Shown here: positions 38,056-48,709 of the stretch, one piece after another | Layout: every line of letters begins with the position of its first letter | Position numbering within the stretch: position 1 is the stretch's first letter | Source: Takakia lepidozioides | Lineage: Eukaryota; Plantae; Bryophyta | Length of the DNA stretch: 64,000 bases | Assembly: GCA_030704615.1 (NCBI GenBank) | Contig: CM060734.1 | Coordinates: 34,844,001 to 34,908,000, forward strand | Direction of reading: 5' to 3' | Made by a program: the position numbers and the translations under genes | The notes under the pieces: model-generated | What the model saw: the letters and a program-made list of their open reading frames with translations, nothing else | What the model was told of the DNA's origin: nothing | Database searches by the model: none

Positions 38056-40674
38056 TCACCAGTAATCCCCACAAGAACAAACCCCATCTTGGAAGTGGTG
38101 ATAGCGGTTGGCATCCCTCACAACAACTGTCCGGGCGACAATCTTTGAAATGAACTTGGTGGCGGTGTGGCAGTCGCCACATACCCGAAGGTTCTTAATG
38201 ATGTGGATAGGCATACCAGCAGGCGTGCTGATGAGCCCAAAAGCAATGGCCAGCCTCTCACTGTGGTGGCCAAGAGAAAGTTCCTTTTGCTCCTCCTCCA
38301 CATCGTGTAATACAAACCGTGTGTCAGGCACATACCCGGCCTCTTTCATTTGCCCAGACAATCTGTTCAGCTCCGCATGGATTTCCTTGATTTGTGGATG
38401 CAATTTGTCTTCAACAACAAATGTATGCACTTGGTTGTCCACCTCAATGCAGCTGAGCCCAGGCTCCTTTCTGACACCTCTGTCCTCCATCATTTTTCTC
38501 ACCTTCACTTGTTCGTCCCACCTCCCAGCAGCAGCATAGATGTTTGATAGCAGCACATAAGTTGCTGCGTGCGATGGATCCCACTTGAGAAGGCATTTTG
38601 CTGCATGTTCTGCTCTCTTCACATCTCCGTGAATTCTGCAAGCACCAAGCAAGGTCCGCCATACTGAAGCACCTGGTTCGATTTCCATTTGGTTGATGAA
38701 GTCTTCTGCTTCAGCCAGTTGCCCTGCGCGGCCAAGAAGATCCACCATGCAGCCAAAATGCTCCGCTTCAGGAGACAGGCCATGATCTTGGTTCATGGAC
38801 TCGAAGTAGTGCTGGCCTTCAGCCACTAGGCCCACATGGCTACATGCAGAGAGAAGACATGTAAAGGTTCCACTGTTTGGTTTCAAGCCTTCCTGTTGCA
38901 TTTGTTCAAATAGTTGGAGGGCCTCCCTAGCACACCCATGCTGACCATATCCTCCTATTATAGCGTTCCATGAGATAACATTTGGTTCAGCCACATTGTT
39001 GAACAGTAGAAGTGCATCCTTTACACTCCCACATTTAGCATACATGTCGATAAGGGAAGTCTCCAGAATAATATCTGAGGCGATTCCAGCTTTGAGAATG
39101 TCAGAATGAACCTCTTTTCCCTTTTCCAGCGCTGCCATGCTGGCACATGCACCAAGAACGCAAATGAACGTGACCTTGTTGGGTGTGACCTCACCCCATA
39201 CCATTTCCCTGTACATCTCAAAAGCCTCACTACCATATCCATGCTGAGCATATCCTGTGATCATCGCATTCCAGGAGACCACATTTCGTTCAGCCATTTT
39301 GTCAAACATTTGTCGTGCATCCTTCACACTACCACATTTGGCATATCCTGCAATCATCACGTTCCATGAGACCACATTTCGATGAGCCATGTTGTCGAAC
39401 AGTTCACGTGCATCCTCGATGCTCCAGCATTCAGCATACATGCCAGCAAGGGTATTCGCCAAAACAATATCTGTCGCAATACCAGCTTTGCGGATGTCAG
39501 CATGGATTTCTTTGCCCTTTTCTAGGGCTCCAAGGCTGGCACATGCATTGAGAGCGCAAATGAAGGTGACCTTGTCAGGTGTCACCCCTTCCCAGATCAT
39601 TTGCTCGTACATCTCCAAAGCCTCCCCACCACAACCATACTGAGTATATCCTGCAATCATCATATTCCACGAGACCACATCGTGTAGAGCCATATTTTCA
39701 AACATTTGGCTCGCATCCTTCATGTTGCCACATTTGGCATACATGTCAACAAGGGCAGTTGCCAAAATGATATCTGGCACAATACCTCTCTTGATAATGT
39801 CAGCATGGACCTCTTTGCCCTTCTCCAGGGATAGCAGGCTGGCACATCCACTGAGAACAGAGATGAATGTGACCTTGTCAGGTGTCACCCCTTCCCGTAT
39901 CATTTGCTCATACATCTCAAAGGCCTCCCTACCATACCCATGCTGAGCATATCCTGCAATCATCGCATTCCATGAGATTAAATCTCGTTGAGACATATTG
40001 TCAAACACTATACGTGCATCCTTTATGCTCCCGCATTTGCCATACATGTCAGCAAGGGCAGTCTCCAGAATGATATCTGGTGTGATTCCAGCTGTGATAA
40101 TGTCAGCATGAACCTGTTTGCCTTTTTCCAATGCTCCTAGGCTGGCACATGCCTTGAGAATACCAATGAATGTGACCCTGTTGGGTGTCACTCCCTTGAG
40201 TATCATTTGCTCATACATCTCTAAAGCCTCTGTACCACAACCATGCTTCACATATCCTGCCATCATAATGGTCCACGTAATCACATCTCGTTGAAGCATT
40301 TTGTCAAACACTTCATGGGCATCCACCATGCGCCCACACTTGGCATGCATGTTGACAAGGGTGTTGAGTAGGTAGATGTTTGGCTTGAACCCAGTTTGAA
40401 CAATGTGGGTATGCACCTGCTTTCCCATTTCTAGATCCTTAATCTTGATACACTCCTGCAAGAGACAGACATAAGTCTTCGAGTCTGCCACAGTGCCTCG
40501 TTGGTTCAAAATGTGCCATGCCTCTTTCAGTTGTCCTGCCTTACCTAGTCTCCTCACATCTCCAGAAGTGCCAGAAGAGCTTTTGTTGACATCCTCTCTT
40601 AGTCCTCTTTGAAAAGCAGCGGTCAAGGTGGAGGTGCCTGATTCAAACGACCGTACCTGATTCAACCCTGCCAT
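38056..40674 (-). CDS. PLS-class PPR protein with E1-E2-DYW domain (organellar C-to-U RNA editing factor)
   Basis: Uninterrupted ORF (open upstream to 40863; MAGLNQ at 40674 preferred because the paralogue shares it). 18 PLS motifs, PG box [11 protein letters not shown], deaminase signatures HSERLA and CGDCH, terminal CSCGDYW. Confidence 0.95.
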   Translation of the reverse strand: MAGLNQVRSFESGTSTLTAAFQRGLREDVNKSSSGTSGDVRRLGKAGQLKEAWHILNQRGTVADSKTYVCLLQECIKIKDLEMGKQVHTHIVQTGFKPNIYLLNTLVNMHAKCGRMVDAHEVFDKMLQRDVITWTIMMAGYVKHGCGTEALEMYEQMILKGVTPNRVTFIGILKACASLGALEKGKQVHADIITAGITPDIILETALADMYGKCGSIKDARIVFDNMSQRDLISWNAMIAGYAQHGYGREAFEMYEQMIREGVTPDKVTFISVLSGCASLLSLEKGKEVHADIIKRGIVPDIILATALVDMYAKCGNMKDASQMFENMALHDVVSWNMMIAGYTQYGCGGEALEMYEQMIWEGVTPDKVTFICALNACASLGALEKGKEIHADIRKAGIATDIVLANTLAGMYAECWSIEDARELFDNMAHRNVVSWNVMIAGYAKCGSVKDARQMFDKMAERNVVSWNAMITGYAQHGYGSEAFEMYREMVWGEVTPNKVTFICVLGACASMAALEKGKEVHSDILKAGIASDIILETSLIDMYAKCGSVKDALLLFNNVAEPNVISWNAIIGGYGQHGCAREALQLFEQMQQEGLKPNSGTFTCLLSACSHVGLVAEGQHYFESMNQDHGLSPEAEHFGCMVDLLGRAGQLAEAEDFINQMEIEPGASVWRTLLGACRIHGDVKRAEHAAKCLLKWDPSHAATYVLLSNIYAAAGRWDEQVKVRKMMEDRGVRKEPGLSCIEVDNQVHTFVVEDKLHPQIKEIHAELNRLSGQMKEAGYVPDTRFVLHDVEEEQKELSLGHHSERLAIAFGLISTPAGMPIHIIKNLRVCGDCHTATKFISKIVARTVVVRDANRYHHFQDGVCSCGDYW

Positions 40675-43600
40675 CCTGTATGACTTACGACTTTTAGTTG
40701 GACCCAAACTCACAGAGTATATGCCAAGGGATGCAAAAACCCCAGTGAAGGATATCTCCATAAGGGCAAGCAGGTCTCTACCTGTCACCTGGCTCACAAA
40801 ACTATTGCAGCCACCTACTTTCGGAGCAAATTGTAGCCAGACCCTCTGTTTCAGTTGGAACACTTGAATTGTCCATTTGCCATACTCAAGGTCTCCCTCC
40901 TATCTTCCTAAGATGGCTGCGAAATAATCCTTGCCGAGTTTCAAAACAATGCCCATTGTACTGTTCCCTGGAGCTGCGTGATTGGCAGCAACATTTGAAC
41001 CTTCACCAAATTGTGCTCGACCTTGTAATCATGGCAGTTACCTTTGGCACCCAAGAGGGGTCAACAATCGGGCAATGGTCAGGTGCATATGTCTGAACTC
41101 TGGCAATCTTGGAATTCTCTGTGAGAACTACCTGTGGGCAGCTAAGCAGCCGTAGCTTTAACCATTCTGGCACATAAGCCAGGCTACAGCTACTAAAGCT
41201 CCAAGGATATTTCGTGTAAAAACCCTTAACAGATTACAGATAGAAACAGTCAGGATAGATTTAGGCCGATTTGTGCGAGAGAGAGAATAAGCATTAATTC
41301 AGGACCACAAATACAATCTAGTCCACGGAACATTGTTATGACACCTTGTCACAAGTGCCCTATCGACAAAGCCCAAGCCTCACCTTATCGAACCTGCTGT
41401 CACACCACAGTGAAGGAAACCTCCTTAGCTCATTGCTCCCCTGTCTGCAAGAAAATGAGAACTTTGCCAGCTTCCAATGGTGCTAGTTCTTAAACATAGA
41501 AGTTTGGCGGTTCCCACCTGGGTCATATTGAGGAATAATGTTGTATATTTTCCATAATGTTGAGGAATTGTTTTGTAGGACTCCCATAAACTTTCTCTCT
41601 CTCTCTTCTCCGCCAACTGGGCGGGGGTCTATGGCCACAAGGCTTCGGTAAACAATGTACATTCTCTATCTCTACCACACTGACCAGCCACATGTATCAG
41701 GTGTTTGTCGCACTGTGAGCTAAAGCTTTTATTCTAGCGTGATATCTCTTATCAACATTCCTCAATCCCCTGTAACTAGATTGCTGTTGGCTGCGATAGA
41801 TCACTAAGCTGTGTTCTGACTGTTTTCCCCTACTCTGATCGTTAGAAATCTCCCTAATTACTCCAGGAGGAATGATATTCAGTGTCACTTTACGTTGAAG
41901 CGTTGGTCAGAGCAAGCGTTCGCTGGAATGGATTAATAATGCATCCTGCTCTGCCCTTTATACTGGGGTCGCTAGAGTATAACCTGCGTACGTCGGAGTG
42001 ATCTAGGCTGCGCTTATCGTTGAGCTATCCCAGCCAAAGCTACAACTTGAGGAAGTTCCTTATGATCACAGAGGAGTGTAATGGACACCTGTGGTACTGA
42101 AACTGTTGTAAAATTCCTCCTTTCCAATTGCTTGCGGCCAAAGCCCGTGGGATACCCTGTTGTTGTTAAGCTCACTCCTTAATGCACGGTGTCAGTGTCA
42201 CTGTGGCCTCTCCGGAACAGTGGAGAGTGACAAACTAACATCTGAATATCTGTACCCTTCTGCGGTTCCATGGAGGTTGTGGAGGCGCACACTCATGACT
42301 CGGAAGAGTCTAATCGCCATGGGGGCCAATTCACCTCCACAGCGTGGCCCGTAAATCTGCTGCATGCTGTGCGGCTTCCCGCCCGTTCAGAAGACAGGCA
42401 TTTGGGTATGCCTCTCCTTCTGCGCCACCCTTGCATAACGCACTGCCATCCCCGTGCCTCTGAAAATACGTAGAACATGTATTAACGTCCACAGCGACTC
42501 GCTCTAGCCTTTATGGAACTGCGAACTTCTTTCAGAGAACACCCAAGTCAGAGGAAGAGGGAATCACAATTCAAAGAGAGAAAGAGCAGGTATCCGTGGT
42601 GTCAAACAACAATGGAGCTGTGAAGCCACCACGCTATGGCGAGCGTGGATGAATAGTCATCATCCACACTGCACATTCATGGGGCAGGTTTGATAAGCCC
42701 TACACGCAGATGCAGACACCCCATGTGTGTTGGATTGCTTGCTTTGCATTGCTGCAAGGATGGCAAGCTGCTCAGGCGCTATCCTAAGCGAGAATGGAGA
42801 GTCCAGATCCTATGTTCTGTCTTCTGAATGTGCGGGAAACCTCACATCATGCTTTTCCCAGACTGTGGAGCTGAAATGGGTACCCAGCTTGGCGATGCCA
42901 CCGGACCCCGGACTTTTGCGAGTGATGGTTCCCCACCCTCGAGAGATTCCGCAGAAAGGTACACAGGTAAGTGTATTCCCTTAACTTTTGTGGGTCTCTA
43001 GAGTTTACACTGTGTGCCTCTGATGAGCTATCTAGTGTCAGTCAGCAGAAACTCCACTCATCTTGGTAGAAGAATTTCCCCTTAGGTTCACACACACGAG
43101 TGTAATTGACATCCTTGGGAGAGAGATGGGTACTTGGTATGTTGTCACGAAAACCCGGGGCAATTTACAAGCGGTGCAAGCATTTTGAGCTCATTCCTGA
43201 ATGCAGATTGCTGGATATCACAGATGTGACACACATTGCTACGTGCAGTTTAGAGCGACAATCGCCAGTTGCACCGAGGGATGAACAAAGGGCAGAGACA
43301 TATGTACCAATTAACTGTTCCCAGCGAATGTTGGCTATTACGACGCCTCGAGCGAATAGTCTCCGCGGATATAGAGTCTCCCGGGGGCCAGTTGAGTTTC
43401 TACCAAGGTATGCAAAATCAGCTCACTAATGCCATAGGTCGTTCACAGCCACCGACAACCTGGTTACAAGGAATTGGGTGTACATGTGAGGGAGGGTATA
43501 GACATATACTATACTTATTCAGCACTGCTGACTGTAATACTGACTGTGATTGCGAGACATACCTGGCTTTACACACCAGGGCGGAGACAGAGAGGAAAGA

Positions 43601-44201
43601 GTTTAATTTTTTGAAATCCTAGGCCCGCATCCTTAAGAATACCCATGTGAATTAGGAGCTCTGACAGATCTATAGCTAAGCACCAGCACTTCCCAATGGA
43701 GACCGAGCAAGTGGAAGCCAATTTTATCTTTGGCACAAAAAAGCAGCTGAAGCGATCCTTGCGTTTTGCTGCCAGTAGCATTTAAGAGTAGGCTGTCTAT
43801 GTGAGGCTTTGGTTTAAGCAATGGTTGCTCATCTGCCCATTGGTTGTATTCCTAGGAAAGTCCAAGATCGGCAGACTTCTGACATAAACGCACAAACTGG
43901 GTTCTTTAGGGATTGGTTAACTCTCGCCTGTTGAAAGTACAGCTCGCCGACATAATACAATGTGGACTCCAATCTGGATGTGGTTATAATATACATTCTA
44001 GGCCGAGAGACAACGGGTATTGTTTCCAAATACAAGGGTTCCAACGCAGACAGATCGAATAGGTACAGTTTTTTCTCAAAGTAGGTAGCCGCAGTTTTGT
44101 AACCCTGTTTTACATGTAGGAACATGGAGAGATCTTTCTTTGAAGTATCTAGAAACTTTGAGAATGTAAGGCTTGTGACCAATATTTCTGATGCATGCAG
44201 G

Positions 44202-46892
44202 ATGGCAGGGTTGAATCAGGCACAATTGATTGGATCAGGAATTTCCAGCATTTCCACTGCTTGCAAATCAGGACCAACAGAGGGAGTCAACAAGAACTCT
44301 TCTGGCACTTGTTGGGATGTGAGAACCGTAGCTAATGCAAAACAACTGAAGGAGGTGCTGCATATTTTGAACAAACAAGTCTTTTTGGCAGACTCCAGTA
44401 CGTATGTCTGTCTCTTGCAGGAGTGCATCAAAAGTAAAGACCTGAAATTGGGAAAGAAGGTGCACTCCCACATCATCCAAAGTGGATTTAAGCCAAACAC
44501 CTTCCTACTCAATACCCTTGTGAATATGCATGCAAAGTGCGGAAGCATGGTGGATGCAAGGAACGTGTTTGACAAGATGTGTGAGCGAGATGTGTTTACG
44601 TGGACTACAATGATGGCTGGGTATGTAAAGCATGGATGTGGTGGGGAGGCTTTCCAGATCTATGATTCAATGAGACAGGAAAGGATGATGCCCAACAGAG
44701 TCACGTTTATTTGCATTCTCAAGGCATGTGCCAGCCTAGGAGCCCTGGAAAAGGGCAAAGAGGTCCATGCAGATATCATTAAAGCTGGAATTGCACCAGA
44801 TGTCATTCTGGAGACTGCCCTTGTTGACATGTATGCTAAATGTGGGAACATGAAGGATGCCCATCAAGTGTTTGATAATATGGCTCAACAAGATGTGGTA
44901 TCATGGAATGCGATGATTAGAGGATATTCTCACCATGGGTATGGTAGGGAGGGTTTCGAGATGTATGAGAAGATGATACAGGAAGGGGTGACACCCACCA
45001 AGATCACATTCATTTGTGTTCTGAATGCTTGTGCCAGTCTGGCAGCCCTGGACAAGGGCAAAGAGGTCCATGCTCACATAATCAAGAGTGGAATTGGATT
45101 AGATGTCATTCTGGAGACTACACTTGCGGACATGTATGCCAAATGTGGGAATATGAAGGATGCATGTCAGTTGTTCAACAATATGGCTCAACGTAGTGTG
45201 GTCTCTTGGAATGTGATGATTGCAGGATATGGTCAGCATGGACGTGGGAGGGAGGCTTTGGCGATGTATCAGCAATTGGTGCGAGAAGGTGTGATACCTG
45301 ACAAGGTCACATTTATTTGCACTTTAAATGCATGTGCCAGCCTAGAAGCCCTGGAGAAGGGCAAAGAGGTCCATGCTGACATCAGCAAGAGTGGAGTTGT
45401 GCCAGACATCATTCTAGAGAATACGCTTATTAACATGTACGCGAAATGCGGGAGTGTAAAGGATGCACGTCAAGTGTTTGGTAATATTGCTGAACGAAAT
45501 GTGGCTTCATGGAATGTGATGATCACAGGATATGCTCAGCATGGGTATGGGAGGGAGGCTTTCGAGATGTATGAGCAAATGATGCAGGAGGGGGTGATGC
45601 CTGATAAGGTCACATTTATTTGTGTTCTCAATGTGTGTGCTAGCCTGGCAGAGCTTGAAAAGGGCAAAGGTGTTCATGCTGATTGTATTCAAGCTGGAAT
45701 TGCACCAGATATCATTCTTGAAAGTGCCCTTGTAGACATGTATGCCAAATGTGGGAGCCTAAAGGATGCACGTGAAGTGTTCAACAATATGGCTGAACGA
45801 AATGTGGTTACATGGAATGCGATGATCACAGGATATGCCCAGAATGGGTGTGGTGAGGAGGCTTTCATGATGTATGAGCGAATGATACGGGAAAGGGTGA
45901 TGCCTGACAAGGTCACGTTCACTTGTGCTCTCAATATATGTGCCAGCTTGGCAGATCTGGAACATGGCCAAGAGGTCTATGCTGACATTCTCAAAGCTGG
46001 AATTGGACTAGATATCATTCTTGAGACTGCCCTAGTAGATATGTATGCAAAATGTGGGAGGGTTAAAGATGCACGGGAGGTGTTTGACACTATGGCTCAA
46101 CGAAATGTGGTTTCATGGAGTGTGATGATAGCAGGATATACGCAGATTGGGTGCGGTCAAGACGCTTTAAAAATGTATGAGCAAATGATACAGGAAGGGG
46201 TGACACCTGACAAGGTCACCTTCATTTGTGTTCTCAATACCTGTGCCAGCCTGGCAGCTCTGGAAAAGGGCCAAGAGGTCCATGCTGACATCATCAAAGC
46301 TGGTATTGGACCAGATAGCATTCTAGAGACTTCCCTTCTAGACATGTATGCCAAATGTGGGAGCATAAAAGATGCGCGTCAAGTGTTTGACAACATCAGT
46401 AAAGGCGATGTTGTCTCATGGAGTTCAATGATTGCAGGATATGGTCAGCATGGGTGTGGTAGAGAAGCACTCCAACTATTTGAACAAATGCAACAGGAAG
46501 GCTTGAAGCCAAACAGTATCACGTTTTTAGGTCTTCTCTCTGCATGCAGCCATGAAGGTCTGGTAGATGAAGGCCGTCACTACTTCAACTCCATGAGTTG
46601 TGATCATGGCCTGAGTCCTAGAATGGAGCATTTTAGCTGCATGGTGGGCCTTCTTGGCCGTGCAGGACGATTGGATGAGGCAGAAGATTTCATCAACAAA
46701 ATCCCAAATGAACCGTGTGCTTCCGTGTGGGGGGCCTTGCTTGGTGCCTGCAGGATTCATGGTGATGTGAAGCTAGCAGAACGTGTGGCGAAATGCCTTA
46801 TCCAGTTGGATCCAAGTGCATGCTGCAGCATGAGTTCTGCTATCACATATCTATTCAGCTTTGGGCAGGTAGACAATCATGCAAAGGTGTGA
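44202..46892 (+). CDS. PLS-class PPR protein with 23 motifs, frameshifted E2 and no DYW domain (truncated paralogue or young pseudogene)
   Basis: ORF 44124-46892. The N-terminus MAGLNQ and the first motifs align with the PPR-DYW gene. After LDPS the E2 sequence continues in a shifted frame (HAAA*VLLSHIYSALGR*), and no PG box or DYW sequence follows. Confidence 0.85.
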   Translation: MAGLNQAQLIGSGISSISTACKSGPTEGVNKNSSGTCWDVRTVANAKQLKEVLHILNKQVFLADSSTYVCLLQECIKSKDLKLGKKVHSHIIQSGFKPNTFLLNTLVNMHAKCGSMVDARNVFDKMCERDVFTWTTMMAGYVKHGCGGEAFQIYDSMRQERMMPNRVTFICILKACASLGALEKGKEVHADIIKAGIAPDVILETALVDMYAKCGNMKDAHQVFDNMAQQDVVSWNAMIRGYSHHGYGREGFEMYEKMIQEGVTPTKITFICVLNACASLAALDKGKEVHAHIIKSGIGLDVILETTLADMYAKCGNMKDACQLFNNMAQRSVVSWNVMIAGYGQHGRGREALAMYQQLVREGVIPDKVTFICTLNACASLEALEKGKEVHADISKSGVVPDIILENTLINMYAKCGSVKDARQVFGNIAERNVASWNVMITGYAQHGYGREAFEMYEQMMQEGVMPDKVTFICVLNVCASLAELEKGKGVHADCIQAGIAPDIILESALVDMYAKCGSLKDAREVFNNMAERNVVTWNAMITGYAQNGCGEEAFMMYERMIRERVMPDKVTFTCALNICASLADLEHGQEVYADILKAGIGLDIILETALVDMYAKCGRVKDAREVFDTMAQRNVVSWSVMIAGYTQIGCGQDALKMYEQMIQEGVTPDKVTFICVLNTCASLAALEKGQEVHADIIKAGIGPDSILETSLLDMYAKCGSIKDARQVFDNISKGDVVSWSSMIAGYGQHGCGREALQLFEQMQQEGLKPNSITFLGLLSACSHEGLVDEGRHYFNSMSCDHGLSPRMEHFSCMVGLLGRAGRLDEAEDFINKIPNEPCASVWGALLGACRIHGDVKLAERVAKCLIQLDPSACCSMSSAITYLFSFGQVDNHAKV

Positions 46893-48709
46893 AAAATGAG
46901 GTAGAACTTGGAAATATATTTTAATTAATAAATATAATATTCCACGTGGATGGGGAGAGTGCACGTTGTTCCTTTTCTTTTGTCTGGACCAAGAAGATTG
47001 CGCCAAAAGTACGTGCCATGTAAGCATATTGGCCTGCTTTGGTCTTTTGGGCTTGGTCCCTAGTGTAATTTTCGGCCCTCGACCAATAAGAATGCTCAAT
47101 TTCCACTTGGTCTTGGTCTTGGTCCCTAGTGTAAAGTGGCCCTTACTTGATTGGCAGGAGGAACAGTTCTACTTTTACCATCACACTAGAGGACGTTGGA
47201 ATTTGCTTTTGGACTCATTGGCTTGCCTCCTAATATGCCTATCTGTACCCTCTGTTCGTAGTTCATCCTGTAAATCATTGGACCAGCAGTTGTTGTAAAG
47301 GCCAAATTGGCCAAGATGATGTTTGTTCTGTATCGATTGCATGAAGGGAGTGCGGAGATGTTATTCGGCTTCAACTTTTTAAGCAAACAACATCTCAATT
47401 AGTGAATGCAGCAGCCAGTACGTCCTTCCAGCAAACAGTCTATGGTGAGGATCAGTTACAGGTTCATACTTGATTCAAACGGCAGTCCAAGGTGGTTCAT
47501 TGGACGAATGGTAATCTTAGCACAAACAGCATTAGCTCCTATTATTCTTTTTCTTTAAAAAAAAAAAGGGAAACAACCAAGAGCAACAACTCAAAAGTTG
47601 GGCCCCTTCATTACTGTAAGGAAAAGATTCAGGGGGAGAAGATTATATAATGCATACCACAGAAGCAGGATTTGAAACCAAGATCATTTTTGTACACTCA
47701 GTGCTCTATACAACTGGAACTACCGAAAATGATGCTCAACTTTTAGACGCCAGCCTACTTTCATGTTATACTTGCCTCTACCGACCAACCAACTCTCACA
47801 TAAGAAAGTTACACTCTGGAACAGGGAGCATACAACAAAACAAGGGCTCCTAGCCTGAGATATATCGCGGGAATGACAAGAGATCACAGGTTGAGAGATG
47901 AATCACCAGAGCTTCTTCAGCAGTAGCCCTCATTTTAGGCTCATACATGTGCAAATGCTTGGTTAATTCCAACAAAAACACGGAGAGAAGCTTCTGGGGG
48001 CATAAAAGTCCCCCCAATGCCAACTTTTGGAGTGATATCTCGGGCCACTACAGGTAATTTCTCACTCAATACCCAGCTTAGAAATAACGGGTTTCATGCG
48101 GGAAGCCCTACTTCCCACCATCCATAATTCCTCGATTACCTTTTGGAGTCTCCATCATCGTCTAGACTCCCAAAAGGGGCTGCCAAACATGGTCACCCAT
48201 GCTCCCATCAGTGAAGTTAAGCATATTACAGCAAGATTGCACAACCAAGATGAAAAAAAGATGGTTTGATGATGCCAGGTGTAATGTAGGGAGTTGTCGA
48301 GCTGAAGTTATAGGAATGTCTAGCCCAACTCCATCCAAACATAGAAGAGGCCAAGATTGAAAGTAACCTGTTCTATATAAAGACCAGAAACTTAATTCAA
48401 AACCACTCCGCAGCCCTGACAAATATTGAACTTGGTGCAACGACCAAAAACCACCAAAGCTAAAGAGTGGTACAAACTGGATCATATCCACTCCTGTCAT
48501 AACAATAAAAAGAAGAAGAAAACTAAACTGGCCCCACCACCTCTGTAATTTTGGGGTTGATGACCACCTTTTATATTTAAGACGAGTTAAAAGCCCACAT
48601 CAGCGCAACTGTATTTGATATGAGCTTGTTGGGAGTAACGAGGAGAACCTAAAGCAAGGGAGATAGGATCGTGAAACTTACTTGGTGAAGGGATGGAGTG
48701 CCAAACTGT

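Noticed and set aside
38056-38460. U-to-C (KP-type) DYW variant
   Set aside because: The domain has the canonical PG box, HSERLA and a DYW terminus, so it is the standard C-to-U type.
41340-43100. Possible LTR or extra gene between the PPR genes (donor-like sites at about 42590 and 42968)
   Set aside because: No TSD-supported termini and no recognisable protein. These may be UTR exons, but that cannot be supported from sequence alone.
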